DNA from: an uncultured Nitrospira sp.
GTDB taxonomy: Bacteria > Nitrospirota > Nitrospiria > Nitrospirales > Nitrospiraceae
NCBI GenBank assembly: GCA_964626135.1
Contig: CAZVEZ010000001.1
Span: forward strand, 18,955-82,954
Direction: 5' to 3'
Length of the DNA stretch: 64,000 nt
The notes beneath the pieces were generated by a model that had not been told where the DNA came from, did no database searches, and saw nothing but the letters and a program-made list of their open reading frames with translations. Shown here piece by piece: positions 17,163 through 27,794 of the stretch (its first letter is position 1; each line of letters begins with the position of its first letter). The translations under genes and the position numbers were made by a program.

Positions 17163-18554
17163 ATGCATATTGTCGTCGTCGGCTTAAGCCACAAAACCGC
17201 ACCGATTGAAATCCGCGAGAAACTTGCGGTTCCTGAGAGTCGGATGGGCGAAGCTCTGACCCGTCTCTGTTCGTATCAGGGAGTGCGGGAAGGAATATTA
17301 CTGTCGACGTGTAATCGCGTTGAGGTCTATGCCGTGGTTGATGAGATCGAATCAGGGTATGGAGGGATCCAGGATTTTCTGGCTGATGCCCACCTTTCCC
17401 TGTCCTCGGAGCAACTGACACCTCATATGTACTGGCACCAGGGAGATCGGGCCATCAGCCATTTATTTCGTGTAGCCTCCAGTCTTGACTCAATGATCGT
17501 CGGGGAGTCGCAGATTCTGGGCCAGATCAAACAGGCTTTCGAGGTTGCGCTCACGCATAAGACGACTGGCATCATCCTGAACAAGGTTGTCAAAAAGGCA
17601 ATTTCCGTCGCCAAACGTGTCCGGACGGAAACAAAAATTGCCGAGATGGCCGTGTCGGTCAGCTATGCCGCGGTCGAATTAGCCAAGAAGATTTTCTCGG
17701 ACTTAAGCGAGAAGACGGTGCTATTGGTAGGGGCGGGGGAGATGGCTAAGTTAGCGGCGAGACATTTCATTGCCAACGGTGTCCGTCATGTGCGGGTGAC
17801 GACCAGGAATCCCCACAATGCGTTGGACTTGGCAAACCGGTTTGGCGGCACGGCAGTCGCGTTTGAGGAGTTTCGAGAGGACATGGCGTCCGCCGATATT
17901 GTCTTGGTATCGACCGGCGCCGCGCACTATCTATTGGGCGAGGACGACGTGCAGCGCTCGGTCAAACAACGAATGAATCGTCCGATGTTTTTGATTGATA
18001 TCTCGGTCCCACGCAATATCGATCCAGCGGTGCGGCATGTGGACAATGCGTTCCTTTTCGACATTGATGATTTGAAGACGCGGGTTGAACAGAATCGCGG
18101 AGAACGCCTCAATGAGGCCGAGAAAGCGGAGAGGATGGTGGTGGATGAAGTGGGGATTGTGCGGCAATGGCTTCAGTCGCTGGAGGTCACTCCCACCATC
18201 GTAGCGCTCCGTACGCGGGTCGATGATATCAAACAGGCTGAGCTTGACAAGACCTTGGGGCGGTTAGCGAATCTGTCCGCGTCGGAGCGTGAAACGATCG
18301 AGGCAATGGCGTCGTCGATCGTAAACAAACTTATTCACAATACCATGGTAACGCTCAAAGCTGAGGTGAATTCATCAGAAGGGGCTGCCTTTGTCGAGGC
18401 AGCGAGACGCTTTTTCAGCCTCAGTGATCCTGCGATTTCTAATATTAATGAGGGTGCGTCATCTTCGCCGGAGAGATGTCATTCGGCTCAAGCAGGTATC
18501 CGCGATATTGAAGAGATGGCTCGGAGAACTGGTTCCAAGACGCCGGACCAGTGA
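17163..18554 (+). CDS. hemA: Glutamyl-tRNA reductase
   Basis: MHIVVVGLSHKTAPIEIREK...LSTCNRVEVY includes the catalytic Cys. The NADPH site is VLLVGAGEMAKL. Confidence 0.95.
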   Translation: MHIVVVGLSHKTAPIEIREKLAVPESRMGEALTRLCSYQGVREGILLSTCNRVEVYAVVDEIESGYGGIQDFLADAHLSLSSEQLTPHMYWHQGDRAISHLFRVASSLDSMIVGESQILGQIKQAFEVALTHKTTGIILNKVVKKAISVAKRVRTETKIAEMAVSVSYAAVELAKKIFSDLSEKTVLLVGAGEMAKLAARHFIANGVRHVRVTTRNPHNALDLANRFGGTAVAFEEFREDMASADIVLVSTGAAHYLLGEDDVQRSVKQRMNRPMFLIDISVPRNIDPAVRHVDNAFLFDIDDLKTRVEQNRGERLNEAEKAERMVVDEVGIVRQWLQSLEVTPTIVALRTRVDDIKQAELDKTLGRLANLSASERETIEAMASSIVNKLIHNTMVTLKAEVNSSEGAAFVEAARRFFSLSDPAISNINEGASSSPERCHSAQAGIRDIEEMARRTGSKTPDQ

Positions 18555-18783
18555 TTGTGTCATTCGAATGGAGAGGTGGCTGCGAAGGGGTGAGACTACT
18601 CTACCGATGACATGTGCGAGCGGTTTCTCAATGGCCTTAGTTTTTTGCCAGAACCTCCTTAGCGGAACCCTGTCCATGTGGTTCCACTAGCAGACCGGGC
18701 AGATTTGAAAAGTCTGCTGGGTGGCGAAGGGTCTGTGATCGTCATAGTTCGGTATGTAGGGTGTGAGTTGCTGAAAGGAAGTC

Positions 18784-19731
18784 ATGTCAAAAGTCGGCCA
18801 TGAACGTTCGACTGTCGTGCTTGGAACGCGCGGAAGTAAATTGGCGGTCCAGCAGAGCGGATGGGTACAGGGGCAGTTACACGCGTTGGCTCCGCATGTG
18901 ACGGTGACGGTGAGGAAGATCCAAACGTCGGGAGACAAGATTCTGGACGTCCCGTTGGCCCAAATTGGCGGGAAGGGGTTGTTTGTAAAGGAGATCGAAG
19001 AGGCGCTGTTGAGCGGCGAGATTGATCTGGCGGTGCATAGTATGAAGGATGTGCCCACGGAGTTGCCCGAAGGATTGGCGATTCTTTGTGTGCCGCCACG
19101 AGAGGACCCCCGAGATGCTCTGATTAGCCGTGATGGGAGGTCGTTTATGGACCTTCCTCTCGGCGCCCGGATTGGAACCAGCAGTCTTCGCCGCCAATCG
19201 CAGCTCCTGTATGCGCGGCCAGATCTCACAATTGCCATGTTGCGTGGAAACCTCGATACCCGCCTCAAGAAATTACGGGAGGGGCAGTTTGATGCCATTG
19301 TGCTTGCTGCGGCAGGGCTTCGGCGATTGGCCTGGGCGCATGAAATTACGGAATATCTTGCGCCGCAGATTAGTTTGCCTGCCATCGGCCAGGGCGCACT
19401 GGGCATCGAAGGACGGCGAGATGATCGCTTTATCCAGTCACTGCTGAGTGGACTGGATCATGCTCCGTCCCGGACAGCCGTTCTCGCCGAACGTGCGTTG
19501 CTCCATCGGCTACAAGGGGGCTGTCAGGTTCCGATCGCAGCCCATGCAACAGTGGTCGGGACAGAGGTGAGGTTGGAGGGACTGGTGTCTAGTGTGGACG
19601 GTAAAGAGCTCATCCGCGATTCCGTTGGAGGAGCGATTGAGGATCCGGAGTCGATCGGCATTCAACTTGCGGAACGACTTCTTGCACGAGGTGGCGATAG
19701 AATTCTTCAAGCGATCTACGGGACTACATGA
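18784..19731 (+). CDS. hemC: Porphobilinogen deaminase (hydroxymethylbilane synthase)
   Basis: It contains LGTRGSKLAVQQ, DLAVHSMKDVPTELP, IGTSSLRRQSQL and LRGNLDTRLKKL, plus the cofactor Cys region GGCQVPIAAHA. Confidence 0.95.
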   Translation: MSKVGHERSTVVLGTRGSKLAVQQSGWVQGQLHALAPHVTVTVRKIQTSGDKILDVPLAQIGGKGLFVKEIEEALLSGEIDLAVHSMKDVPTELPEGLAILCVPPREDPRDALISRDGRSFMDLPLGARIGTSSLRRQSQLLYARPDLTIAMLRGNLDTRLKKLREGQFDAIVLAAAGLRRLAWAHEITEYLAPQISLPAIGQGALGIEGRRDDRFIQSLLSGLDHAPSRTAVLAERALLHRLQGGCQVPIAAHATVVGTEVRLEGLVSSVDGKELIRDSVGGAIEDPESIGIQLAERLLARGGDRILQAIYGTT

Positions 19732-21269
19732 CGAAATCGAGAAGGCAGGGAAAAGTCTATTTAGTGGGAGCAGGGCCGGGCGACCCTGGGCTCCTGACAT
19801 TGAAAGGGAAGGAGTGCCTGGAACAGGCCGATGCCGTCCTGTACGATTATCTCGCCAATCCCGTGTTGCTCCAGTATGCTCCGGCCACGGCCCAGCGCAT
19901 CTATGTCGGTCGGCGGGGACGTGGGCAGTATCAAGATCAAGCCGATATCAATCAACTGCTGATTGCAAGGGCCATGGAGGGCGACATCGTGGTTCGGCTC
20001 AAAGGGGGCGACCCATTTGTCTTTGGGCGCGGTGGCGAAGAAGCGGAAGCGGTGGCCGCTGCAGGGATCGATTTTGAAATTGTGCCTGGTGTGTCGGCGG
20101 CGGTCGCCGTTCCTGCCTATGCAGGCATTCCAGTGACTCATCGAACGCTGGCCTCCACGGTGACGTTTGTGGCCGGTCATGAAGATCCCACCAAGCCGGC
20201 GACTGTGTTGGAATGGCCTAAACTGGCGAGCGCATCGGGGACACTCGTGTTTATGATGGGCATGAAGAATCTTCCGGCGATTGCCAGACAGTTATTGTCG
20301 GAGGGACGGCCTCCCAATACGCCGGTTGCAGCGATCCGTTGGGGGAGCAAGGCTGATCAACAGACTATTGTGGGGACATTGGATGATATTGTCGCGAAAA
20401 CCGATGCCGTGCATCTCGAACCACCGACGGTGATCGTTGTGGGTGGTGTCGTACGATTGCGAGGACAGCTGAATTGGTTTGAAACGAAGCCGCTCTTCGG
20501 GAAACGGATTGTGCTCACGCGCGCACAGGAGCAGGCAAAAGAATTTTCCCAGCTACTGGCAGCCTATGGCGCGGAGCCGCTTGAAGTCCCGACGATTCAG
20601 ATTGTGCCTCCGTCGAGTTGGCAGGCGATCGATGAGGCGATTACTCGTCTCAGCACATATCAATGGTTGATTTTTACCAGCGTGAACGGGGTGAAACCTT
20701 TCATGGAGCGACTCCATGCGGCAGGGAACGATACGCGAGCTCTGGCAAACCTTCGCCTCTGTGCTATTGGACCAAGAACTGCGCAGGAACTGGGAGCCTA
20801 TGGGCTGACAGCGGATGTCGTCCCTGCCCAGTATCAGGCGGAAGGGGTGATTGCGGCATTGGCCGATGCAGATGTCCGAGGGAGTCATATACTGATCCCG
20901 CGCGCCGAAGTCGCTCGCGAAATCTTGCCGGAACAACTACGCGAGTTAGGGGCAACCGTCGATGTGATTCCTGTCTATCGCACGATTGTTCCGGCAGTGG
21001 ATGTTGCCTCCGTGACTCAACAATTCTGTGAGGGCCATGTGGCAGTCGCGACGTTTACGAGCTCCTCCACCGTCCGTAATTTCGTGGAGGTTTTTGGAGG
21101 GCGAGATGTAGTGAGACCACTCGTCGCCCGGGTGGTCATTGCCTGCATTGGTCCCATTACGGCGCGCACGGCGGAGGAATATGGGTTGACGGTTTCGATT
21201 GTGCCAGATGAGAATACTGTGCCGGCACTCGCAGAAGCAATTGTGAGGCACTTCAAAAAAGTGGCGTGA
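19728..21269 (+). CDS. Bifunctional uroporphyrinogen-III C-methyltransferase / uroporphyrinogen-III synthase
   Basis: The N-terminal ~250 aa form a SUMT fold (VYLVGAGPGDPGLLTLKG, VRLKGGDPFVFGRGGEE). The C-terminal ~260 aa are HemD-like (KRIVLTRAQEQAKEF...FTSVNGV...IGPRTA). It overlaps the hemC stop by 4 nt. Confidence 0.9.
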   Translation: MTKSRRQGKVYLVGAGPGDPGLLTLKGKECLEQADAVLYDYLANPVLLQYAPATAQRIYVGRRGRGQYQDQADINQLLIARAMEGDIVVRLKGGDPFVFGRGGEEAEAVAAAGIDFEIVPGVSAAVAVPAYAGIPVTHRTLASTVTFVAGHEDPTKPATVLEWPKLASASGTLVFMMGMKNLPAIARQLLSEGRPPNTPVAAIRWGSKADQQTIVGTLDDIVAKTDAVHLEPPTVIVVGGVVRLRGQLNWFETKPLFGKRIVLTRAQEQAKEFSQLLAAYGAEPLEVPTIQIVPPSSWQAIDEAITRLSTYQWLIFTSVNGVKPFMERLHAAGNDTRALANLRLCAIGPRTAQELGAYGLTADVVPAQYQAEGVIAALADADVRGSHILIPRAEVAREILPEQLRELGATVDVIPVYRTIVPAVDVASVTQQFCEGHVAVATFTSSSTVRNFVEVFGGRDVVRPLVARVVIACIGPITARTAEEYGLTVSIVPDENTVPALAEAIVRHFKKVA

Positions 21270-21345
21270 ATTGCTGTTTCGATGCGCGGATAGGCTGAAG
21301 TAGACGTCAGGGCGATGGAACGAATTAGCAAAGGGAGGGCATGAT

Positions 21346-21738
21346 ATGGTTTCAGTCAAGTCGTTCATGATTCCGAGGGAGAAGTTTGTGACGGTTGAAC
21401 GGGATACGGAAACACAGACGGCGGCACGGATCATGCGGGACCGCGGCATCGGCAGTCTGTTTGTGACGAACGGGAAGGAGATTATCGGCATCCTCACGGA
21501 CACCGATATGGTTCGGCGGGTGGTCGCGGCTGGAGCCGACACCATTAAGACAACGGTCGAACAGATTATGTCGGCCCCGATCTTGACGATCGATGAGAAT
21601 AAGTCATTGTTGGATGCCAACGACCTGATGGCGCGAACGCATATCCGCCATCTCGGTGTGACTCAGGACAGCAAGTTGGTCGGCATGATTTCTGTGCGCG
21701 ATCTCGTGGTGTTCTTGACGAATCTTCCGAGGAAGTGA
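21346..21738 (+). CDS. CBS-pair domain protein
   Basis: The 130-aa product has two CBS repeats ([25 protein letters not shown] and [20 protein letters not shown]) and no other domain. Confidence 0.85.
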   Translation: MVSVKSFMIPREKFVTVERDTETQTAARIMRDRGIGSLFVTNGKEIIGILTDTDMVRRVVAAGADTIKTTVEQIMSAPILTIDENKSLLDANDLMARTHIRHLGVTQDSKLVGMISVRDLVVFLTNLPRK

Positions 21739-21742
21739 TCCG

Positions 21743-22714
21743 ATGGCCTTTCCAATACAGCGACTCCGTCGGCTGCGGCAACATGAGGCATTTCGTCGTA
21801 TGGTGCGGGAGACGAGTCTCGCTTCGTCCGACTTCATCTATCCGCTGTTCGTCGTCGAAGGGCGAGATCGGCGAGAGGAGATTGCCTCGATGCCGGGCCA
21901 GTTCCGGCTCTCGGTCGATCTCTTGGTCAAAGAAGTCAGTGAGATTGCGGCTCTGGGGATTCCTGCCATCATCCTCTTTGGGATTCCTGACCGGAAAGAT
22001 GATCGAGGGAGTTCGGGGTTTGATCCGAATGGGATCGTGCAACGGGCCGTGAAAGCCGTGAAGGACCAGGTCCCGGGGATGATGGTCGTGACCGACGTCT
22101 GCATCGATGAATACACCGATCACGGCCATTGCGGAATAGTCAAGGACGGGCGCATTCTCAATGATGAGACGCTGGAATGTCTTCGTGCGATGGCCCGAAC
22201 CCATGCGCAAGCCGGGGCCGATATGGTGGCGCCATCCGATATGATGGATGGGCGTGTGGCAGCGATCCGCACGGAACTCGATCAGGCCGGATTTCCGGAA
22301 CTGCCAATCATGGCGTATGCCGCAAAATTTGCCTCCTGTTTTTATGCGCCCTTTCGGGATGCGGCATTTTCGAGTCCTCAATTTGGAGATCGGCAGTCCT
22401 ATCAAATGGACCCGGCCAACCGCCGGGAAGCGCTTCGTGAGATCGCTCTTGATCTCGAAGAAGGGGCCGACATCATCATGGTGAAACCGGCACTGCCGTA
22501 CCTCGATATCATTGCCGCGGCGAGAACTCAGATGCTGCTGCCGGTCGCGGCCTATCAAGTAAGCGGAGAGTACAGCATGATCAAAGCGGCCGCCAAAGTC
22601 GGATGGCTCGACGAATCGCGAGCCATGATGGAATCGCTGCTCTCGATCAAGCGGGCCGGCGCAGATCTCATTCTGACCTACTTTGCCAAAGACGCAGCGC
22701 GTCTTCTTCGCTGA
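21743..22714 (+). CDS. hemB: Delta-aminolevulinic acid dehydratase (porphobilinogen synthase)
   Basis: It contains [16 protein letters not shown], the metal-site region [14 protein letters not shown], Schiff-base Lys regions ([11 protein letters not shown]) and YQVSGEYSM. Confidence 0.95.
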   Translation: MAFPIQRLRRLRQHEAFRRMVRETSLASSDFIYPLFVVEGRDRREEIASMPGQFRLSVDLLVKEVSEIAALGIPAIILFGIPDRKDDRGSSGFDPNGIVQRAVKAVKDQVPGMMVVTDVCIDEYTDHGHCGIVKDGRILNDETLECLRAMARTHAQAGADMVAPSDMMDGRVAAIRTELDQAGFPELPIMAYAAKFASCFYAPFRDAAFSSPQFGDRQSYQMDPANRREALREIALDLEEGADIIMVKPALPYLDIIAAARTQMLLPVAAYQVSGEYSMIKAAAKVGWLDESRAMMESLLSIKRAGADLILTYFAKDAARLLR

Positions 22715-22719
22715 CGACC

Positions 22720-23664
22720 ATGCTAAAAGTGACGCGTGGGCTGTCCGACAAATGTCCACGTACCTATCCGGTCGCTACGATCGGTAATTTCGACGGGCAT
22801 CACCTGGGCCATCGAGCGCTGTTACAGACTGTGGTCGAAACAGCCAGAAAGGCACAGGGGACTTCGCTCGTGCTGACCTTCGAACCTCATCCGGTGAGGA
22901 TTCTTGCGCCTCACGTCGATCTTCGTTTTCTCACCAGTGCGGAGGAGAAGCTTGTACATCTCGAAGCCGCAGGGATTGATGAGGTCATCTTCCTGAGTTT
23001 TACTCCGGCGTTTGCGGCGATGAGCCCCGATCAATTTACCGAAGATATCCTGCATCGATCCCTTGCCTTATCCGAACTGTTTGTGGGCAGTCATTTTGCC
23101 TTCGGGAAGGGCAGGGCAGGACGGATTGATGACCTCGTGCGTTTCGGCGGGCAGTACGGATTCCGTGTGCATCCCGTGAGTCCTGTCATAATTGAGGAGG
23201 AGGTAGTCAGTTCGACCAGGATTCGTCGATTAATTCAAGCAGGGAATATGGAACGGGCTGCCGTGTTGCTCGGGCGCGTCTATGAGATTCGAGGTCCCGT
23301 GGTGCACGGGAAGCAGCAAGGACAGGCGATGGGCTGGCCTACGGCCAATCTGCGAGTGCCGGCTGATCGTGTCGTGCCGCCCGATGGAGTCTATGCAGCG
23401 CGGGCTGTCCACGATACTCACACCTCTGATGCGGTTGCCTATATTGGGACAAGGCCGACCTTCGGAGTCGGTGAGCGACTGATCGAAGTCAATCTTTTTG
23501 ATCAGACCAGCGATCTCTATGGCCAAGAGATCTCCGTGCAGTTTGTCACACGGCTACGCGGCGATCACACCTTTGCATCTGCCGCTGAATTGTCGAAGCA
23601 AATCACCTGTGATGTTGAGCAGGCGCGTACCAGTTTGCAGCATATCCAGGAGGGAGTTCAGTAA
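22720..23664 (+). CDS. ribF: Bifunctional riboflavin kinase / FMN adenylyltransferase
   Basis: The adenylyltransferase part reads ATIGNFDGHHLGHRAL. The C-terminal kinase part reads GKQQGQAMGWPTANL...GVYA....LIEVNLFD. The track ORF was trimmed to the ATG at 22720, just after the hemB stop. Confidence 0.9.
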   Translation: MLKVTRGLSDKCPRTYPVATIGNFDGHHLGHRALLQTVVETARKAQGTSLVLTFEPHPVRILAPHVDLRFLTSAEEKLVHLEAAGIDEVIFLSFTPAFAAMSPDQFTEDILHRSLALSELFVGSHFAFGKGRAGRIDDLVRFGGQYGFRVHPVSPVIIEEEVVSSTRIRRLIQAGNMERAAVLLGRVYEIRGPVVHGKQQGQAMGWPTANLRVPADRVVPPDGVYAARAVHDTHTSDAVAYIGTRPTFGVGERLIEVNLFDQTSDLYGQEISVQFVTRLRGDHTFASAAELSKQITCDVEQARTSLQHIQEGVQ

Positions 23665-23666
23665 CC

Positions 23667-25148
23667 ATGTCTGTTGAGGCGATGGTACTAAGGCTGTCGT
23701 CCAGGTTCGCCGCGCGACAGGCCCTGTTGACCCAGCTTGTCCGGACAGTGCGGCAGCAACGAATGTTTTTTCCTGGTCAGCACTTACTCGCCGCAGTGTC
23801 TGGTGGACCTGACTCGATTGCGTTGTTGTCTCTCCTCCATCGCCTGGCCGGGCCGTGGCGGCTCAAGCTCACAGTGGTCCATTGTAACTATGGGTTGCGC
23901 GGAGCGGAGTCGGACGGTGATGAATTGTTTGTCAAAACCTTCTGCCAAGAACGGCAGTTGTCTCTTGTCATTCATCGACCCAAGCTCGTCAAACGACGAC
24001 ACCGTTCATCGCTTCAAGCAGCGGCCCGCGATGCGCGCTATGACTTCATGAAACAGTTGGGTTACGAGGTAGGGGCTGACTACATTGCGGTTGGTCATAC
24101 CGCCAATGATCAGGCGGAGACGGTGCTCATGTGGATGTTGCGCGGGGCGGGCATGGCCGGATTGTCAGGGATGTCTTACGTACGTGAAGACGGAATTGTC
24201 CGTCCGCTCCTCGCCTCCACCCGTGAGGAAGTTCTGGCATATTTGGATCAAGAAGGGCTGACCTATCGCCATGATTCGAGCAATGGCAAACCGCTCTATC
24301 ATCGCAATCGAATCAGGAGGGAACTCCTTCCAATCGTCATGCAGTTGGCGCCGGCTGCTGTCCGTATGTTGCAGCGTCAGGCAGACGTCTTGCGCGAGGA
24401 GGAAGGGTATCTAGAGACCATTACAAATGGTCTGGTACGTACGCTCGTGAGCCAGGACTCTGGAGACGTGCAACGGTTGAACCGCCAGGCATTCGTAGAG
24501 TTGCCGATTGCGCTTCAGCGGAGGCTTGTTCGGGTGGTCCTGCGGACTTACGACGAAGAGAGGCGCGCCAGCAGCTTTCGCGTGGTAGAGTCAGTTCGGC
24601 GTGTCCTTCTCAAAGGAAAGAGCGGGACTCAGCTGTCTTTGAAGCAAACCCTCGTGACGCTGGATCAGTGGTCGGTGCGATTTAGCCCGACGAGAGAGAC
24701 GTATCGAGATCAGACTACGTCAGTGCAAAGGAACAGCGAGTGCCCGGTTCTTTCTGTGCCTTCCACGGTCTATTGGGCTGGAACGAATCAGCATATTCAT
24801 GTACAACACATGGCTCGTCGTGATGCTGAGCGGGGGAGTATTGATCTGTCCACTCAACGGGTCTTGTTCGATGCCGACCGGTATTCAGAACCGTTATTAG
24901 TTCGGCCCTGGCAAGCCGGCGATCGATTTTTTCCGCAGGGAATGAAGGGCAAAAGTAAAAAACTTCAGGATTTCTATACCGACAGAAAGATTGCTCGTGA
25001 CCAACGCGGGCGGATTCCATTGTTGGTCGCGCCGGAAGGAATTCTATGGGTTGTGGGTATACGACAGGATGAACGGTTCCTTGTCAGTCCTGGGACGACC
25101 AACTGTCTGGTTGTTTCAGTGAGCAATGGGCATTCAGAGGAGGAGTAG
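23667..25148 (+). CDS. tilS: tRNA(Ile)-lysidine synthase
   Basis: The PP-loop is AVSGGPDSIALL, with a downstream GHTANDQAETVLM motif. The 493-aa product has a C-terminal TilS substrate-binding domain and is followed by hpt-ftsH, as in many bacteria. Confidence 0.9.
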   Translation: MSVEAMVLRLSSRFAARQALLTQLVRTVRQQRMFFPGQHLLAAVSGGPDSIALLSLLHRLAGPWRLKLTVVHCNYGLRGAESDGDELFVKTFCQERQLSLVIHRPKLVKRRHRSSLQAAARDARYDFMKQLGYEVGADYIAVGHTANDQAETVLMWMLRGAGMAGLSGMSYVREDGIVRPLLASTREEVLAYLDQEGLTYRHDSSNGKPLYHRNRIRRELLPIVMQLAPAAVRMLQRQADVLREEEGYLETITNGLVRTLVSQDSGDVQRLNRQAFVELPIALQRRLVRVVLRTYDEERRASSFRVVESVRRVLLKGKSGTQLSLKQTLVTLDQWSVRFSPTRETYRDQTTSVQRNSECPVLSVPSTVYWAGTNQHIHVQHMARRDAERGSIDLSTQRVLFDADRYSEPLLVRPWQAGDRFFPQGMKGKSKKLQDFYTDRKIARDQRGRIPLLVAPEGILWVVGIRQDERFLVSPGTTNCLVVSVSNGHSEEE

Positions 25149-25153
25149 GAGGC

Positions 25154-25693
25154 ATGGAACGGATCTTTGGTCGACCAATTGTCACGCAGGAAGAAATGCG
25201 CACCAGGATTCGTGAGCTGGGTAAGCAGATCACGACCGATTATACAGGCACGGATTTCGTCCTGGTGGGGGTATTGAAGGGAGCCTATGCCTTCTATGCC
25301 GATTTAGCCCGCGCAATCAGAATTCCCATGCGGGTGGATTTTCTCATGGTGACGACTGATGGGACGCAAGGAAGGGCATCCGGCAAGGTGAAAATGGTGA
25401 CCGAGCTGACGGAGGATATCAAGGGTAAGGACGTCCTATTGGTGGAGGATATCGTCGACTCCGGGCTGACCGCTCAATACTTGCTCAAGACTCTGGCGCG
25501 AAAGAAACCCCGATCGATTAAAGTCTGCACCTTGCTGAGTAAGCCAGATCGTCGGACTATCAATGTCACCATCGACTATGTGGGGTTCAAGATTCCGAAT
25601 AGGTATGTGGTCGGGTACGGACTCGATTACCGGCAGAAATACCGCAACCTTCCCTACCTGGCCGTCTTGGACATGGAGGAAGATCAAGAGTAA
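25154..25693 (+). CDS. hpt: Hypoxanthine phosphoribosyltransferase
   Basis: The PRPP-binding motif [13 protein letters not shown] is present, along with GVLKGA and a GYGLDY tail. The gene is 179 aa. Confidence 0.93.
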   Translation: MERIFGRPIVTQEEMRTRIRELGKQITTDYTGTDFVLVGVLKGAYAFYADLARAIRIPMRVDFLMVTTDGTQGRASGKVKMVTELTEDIKGKDVLLVEDIVDSGLTAQYLLKTLARKKPRSIKVCTLLSKPDRRTINVTIDYVGFKIPNRYVVGYGLDYRQKYRNLPYLAVLDMEEDQE

Positions 25694-25709
25694 AGTCTCG
25701 GTCGCACGG

Positions 25710-25739
25710 TTGTCAGAATGAACGTGCCTGTGTTAGTAT
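25710..25739 (+). promoter_or_regulatory. Possible ftsH promoter (TTGTCA-18 nt-TAGTAT)
   Basis: This is a motif-only call located 56 nt upstream of the ftsH ATG. The -35 matches 5/6, the -10 matches 5/6, and the spacer is 18 nt. Confidence 0.3.
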
Positions 25740-25794
25740 CACTCACGTTGAAGGTTTTTCTGACCGTGTGTGTGCCAGCCACAAGGAGATCTGG

Positions 25795-27606
25795 ATGAAT
25801 TCCAGGACAAAGAACATACTTTTCTGGGTCGTCGTCGGACTCTTCATGATTTTGTTATTCAACCTGTTCAGTGTGCCGCATCATGAGCCAGAAGAAGATG
25901 TGATTTTCAGTGAGTTCATGACCAAGCTCGACAAGGGAGAGGTTGAGCGGGTCATTATCAAAGCCAGCCACATCAGCGCCGTTCTGAAAGACAAGACCCG
26001 TATTCGGACCTACTCAGTGGAGTATCCTGAGTTGGTGCAGGTTTTACGGGATCGCGGCGTGCAAATTGAGGCGAAGCCACCAGATGAAAGCCCGTGGTAC
26101 ATTACCTTTCTCGTGACGTGGGGACCGTTTGTGTTGTTCCTGGGCCTCTGGTTCTTCCTGATGCGGCAAATGCAGATGGGGGGTAATAAGGCTCTCTCAT
26201 TCGGGAAGAGCCGCGCTCGTCTGCTAACGGAAGAGCGTAAGAAGGTGATGTTCTCCGATGTAGCGGGCATTGACGAAGCTAAAGACGAAGTGCTCGAGAT
26301 TATCGAGTTTCTCAAAGATCCTCGCAAGTTTCAAAAGCTCGGCGGTCGCATTCCCAAAGGTGTCTTGATCGTCGGGCCTCCCGGGACAGGGAAGACCTTG
26401 CTGGCGAAGGCCATTGCCGGCGAAGCCGCGGTGCCGTTCTTCAGCATCAGCGGATCGGACTTTGTGGAAATGTTTGTCGGTGTCGGCGCCTCCCGTGTCC
26501 GCGATCTCTTCGAACAGGGGAAGAAACACGCGCCCTGCATCATTTTTATCGACGAAATTGACGCTGTTGGGCGGCTTCGTGGCGCAGGGCTTGGCGGAGG
26601 TCATGACGAGCGTGAACAAACGCTCAATCAATTACTCGTCGAGATGGATGGATTTGATACGACAGAGGGCGTGATCTTGGTGGCTGCGACCAACCGGCCG
26701 GATGTCCTCGATCCTGCTTTGCTCAGACCGGGGCGGTTTGATCGGCAAGTCGTCGTCAATCGACCGGACTTGCGAGGCCGCACTGAGATTCTCAAAGTGC
26801 ATTCGAAGAAAGTTCCGATCGCAACAGACGTAGAACTTGAAAAAATCGCGCGAGGCACGCCGGGATTTTCAGGAGCCGACCTGGAAAACTTGGTCAACGA
26901 GGCGGCGCTCTGGGCGGCGAGACTCAATAAGAAAGAAGTGGCATTTGTCGATTTCGAAATGGCCAAAGACAAAGTGCTGATGGGGGCTGAACGGAAGAGT
27001 CTCATCTTGAGCGATGAGGAGAAACGGACGACGGCCTATCATGAAGCCGGGCATGCTCTGATCGCCAAACTGATTCCCGGAACGGATCCTGTGCATAAAG
27101 TGACGATTATCCCACGGGGCCGCGCGTTGGGTCTGACGATGCAACTCCCTACCGATGACCGGCACGGTTATTCAAAGGTGTATTTGTATAACCAGCTTGC
27201 TATCCTTTTGGGCGGGCGTGTTGCGGAAGAGTTGGTCTTGAAGGACATGACGACGGGGGCTGGGAACGATCTTGAGCGGGCGACGGATCTTGCTAGGAAA
27301 ATGGTCTGCGAATGGGGCATGAGTGAAAAAATGGGTCCCCTGACGTTCGGCAAACAAAACGAACAGGTTTTTCTTGGACGTGAACTCGGGAGCCAGCGCG
27401 ACTTCAGCGATCAAATAGCGATGGAGATCGATGAGGAAGTCAAACGGCTTGTGATGGAGAATTACGAGCGGGCGAAGAGACTACTCACGGAAAACATGGT
27501 CAGTCTCAAGCGGTTGGCTGAAGCACTTTTGGAGAAGGAAGTGCTCGACGGGTCTGATATCGATAACATTCTTATGCAGTCCACATCCCAAGCGGTTCCT
27601 GCCTAA
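25795..27606 (+). CDS. ftsH: ATP-dependent zinc metalloprotease FtsH
   Basis: It has two N-terminal TM segments, AAA+ Walker [12 protein letters not shown], Walker B IIFIDEID, an SRH region and the zinc motif HEAGHAL. The start was set at MNSRTKN (ATG 25795). Confidence 0.97.
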   Translation: MNSRTKNILFWVVVGLFMILLFNLFSVPHHEPEEDVIFSEFMTKLDKGEVERVIIKASHISAVLKDKTRIRTYSVEYPELVQVLRDRGVQIEAKPPDESPWYITFLVTWGPFVLFLGLWFFLMRQMQMGGNKALSFGKSRARLLTEERKKVMFSDVAGIDEAKDEVLEIIEFLKDPRKFQKLGGRIPKGVLIVGPPGTGKTLLAKAIAGEAAVPFFSISGSDFVEMFVGVGASRVRDLFEQGKKHAPCIIFIDEIDAVGRLRGAGLGGGHDEREQTLNQLLVEMDGFDTTEGVILVAATNRPDVLDPALLRPGRFDRQVVVNRPDLRGRTEILKVHSKKVPIATDVELEKIARGTPGFSGADLENLVNEAALWAARLNKKEVAFVDFEMAKDKVLMGAERKSLILSDEEKRTTAYHEAGHALIAKLIPGTDPVHKVTIIPRGRALGLTMQLPTDDRHGYSKVYLYNQLAILLGGRVAEELVLKDMTTGAGNDLERATDLARKMVCEWGMSEKMGPLTFGKQNEQVFLGRELGSQRDFSDQIAMEIDEEVKRLVMENYERAKRLLTENMVSLKRLAEALLEKEVLDGSDIDNILMQSTSQAVPA

Positions 27607-27794
27607 ATTCTGCATTGCTGACCCCGGGACGTCATTTCAGGGCATTGGCGTCCCGGGCAGTACAATTGAACGACAATGAGCGAGAAGGGACTCCTTCTTG
27701 CGAGTGGGCTGGTATGGCTTGCTAATCGGGTCCACTATTTAAGTGGCGGCTCTGTGTTATGCCATGGCGCTCAATACGGAGGCATCGGCGTTAG

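Noticed and set aside
18687-19406. A 239-aa minus-strand ORF, plus nested ORFs at 18782..19099 and 18877..19197.
   Set aside because: They are antisense to hemC, which is high-confidence. The composition is Arg/Ser/Pro-rich, with no motifs and no RBS.
21566-22759. A 397-aa minus-strand ORF, the longest antisense ORF in the window.
   Set aside because: It lies entirely antisense to the CBS gene and hemB, whose plus-strand translations carry unmistakable family motifs. The antisense product is Arg/Ser/His/Pro-rich and low in complexity. This is typical of a spurious ORF on the opposite strand of GC-rich coding DNA.
27623-27657. A 9-bp GC hairpin (CCCGGGACG...CGTCCCGGG) after ftsH, considered as an intrinsic terminator.
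   Set aside because: The loop is long (17 nt) and no U-tract follows. ftsH-folP-glmM is commonly co-transcribed. The evidence is insufficient to call a terminator.
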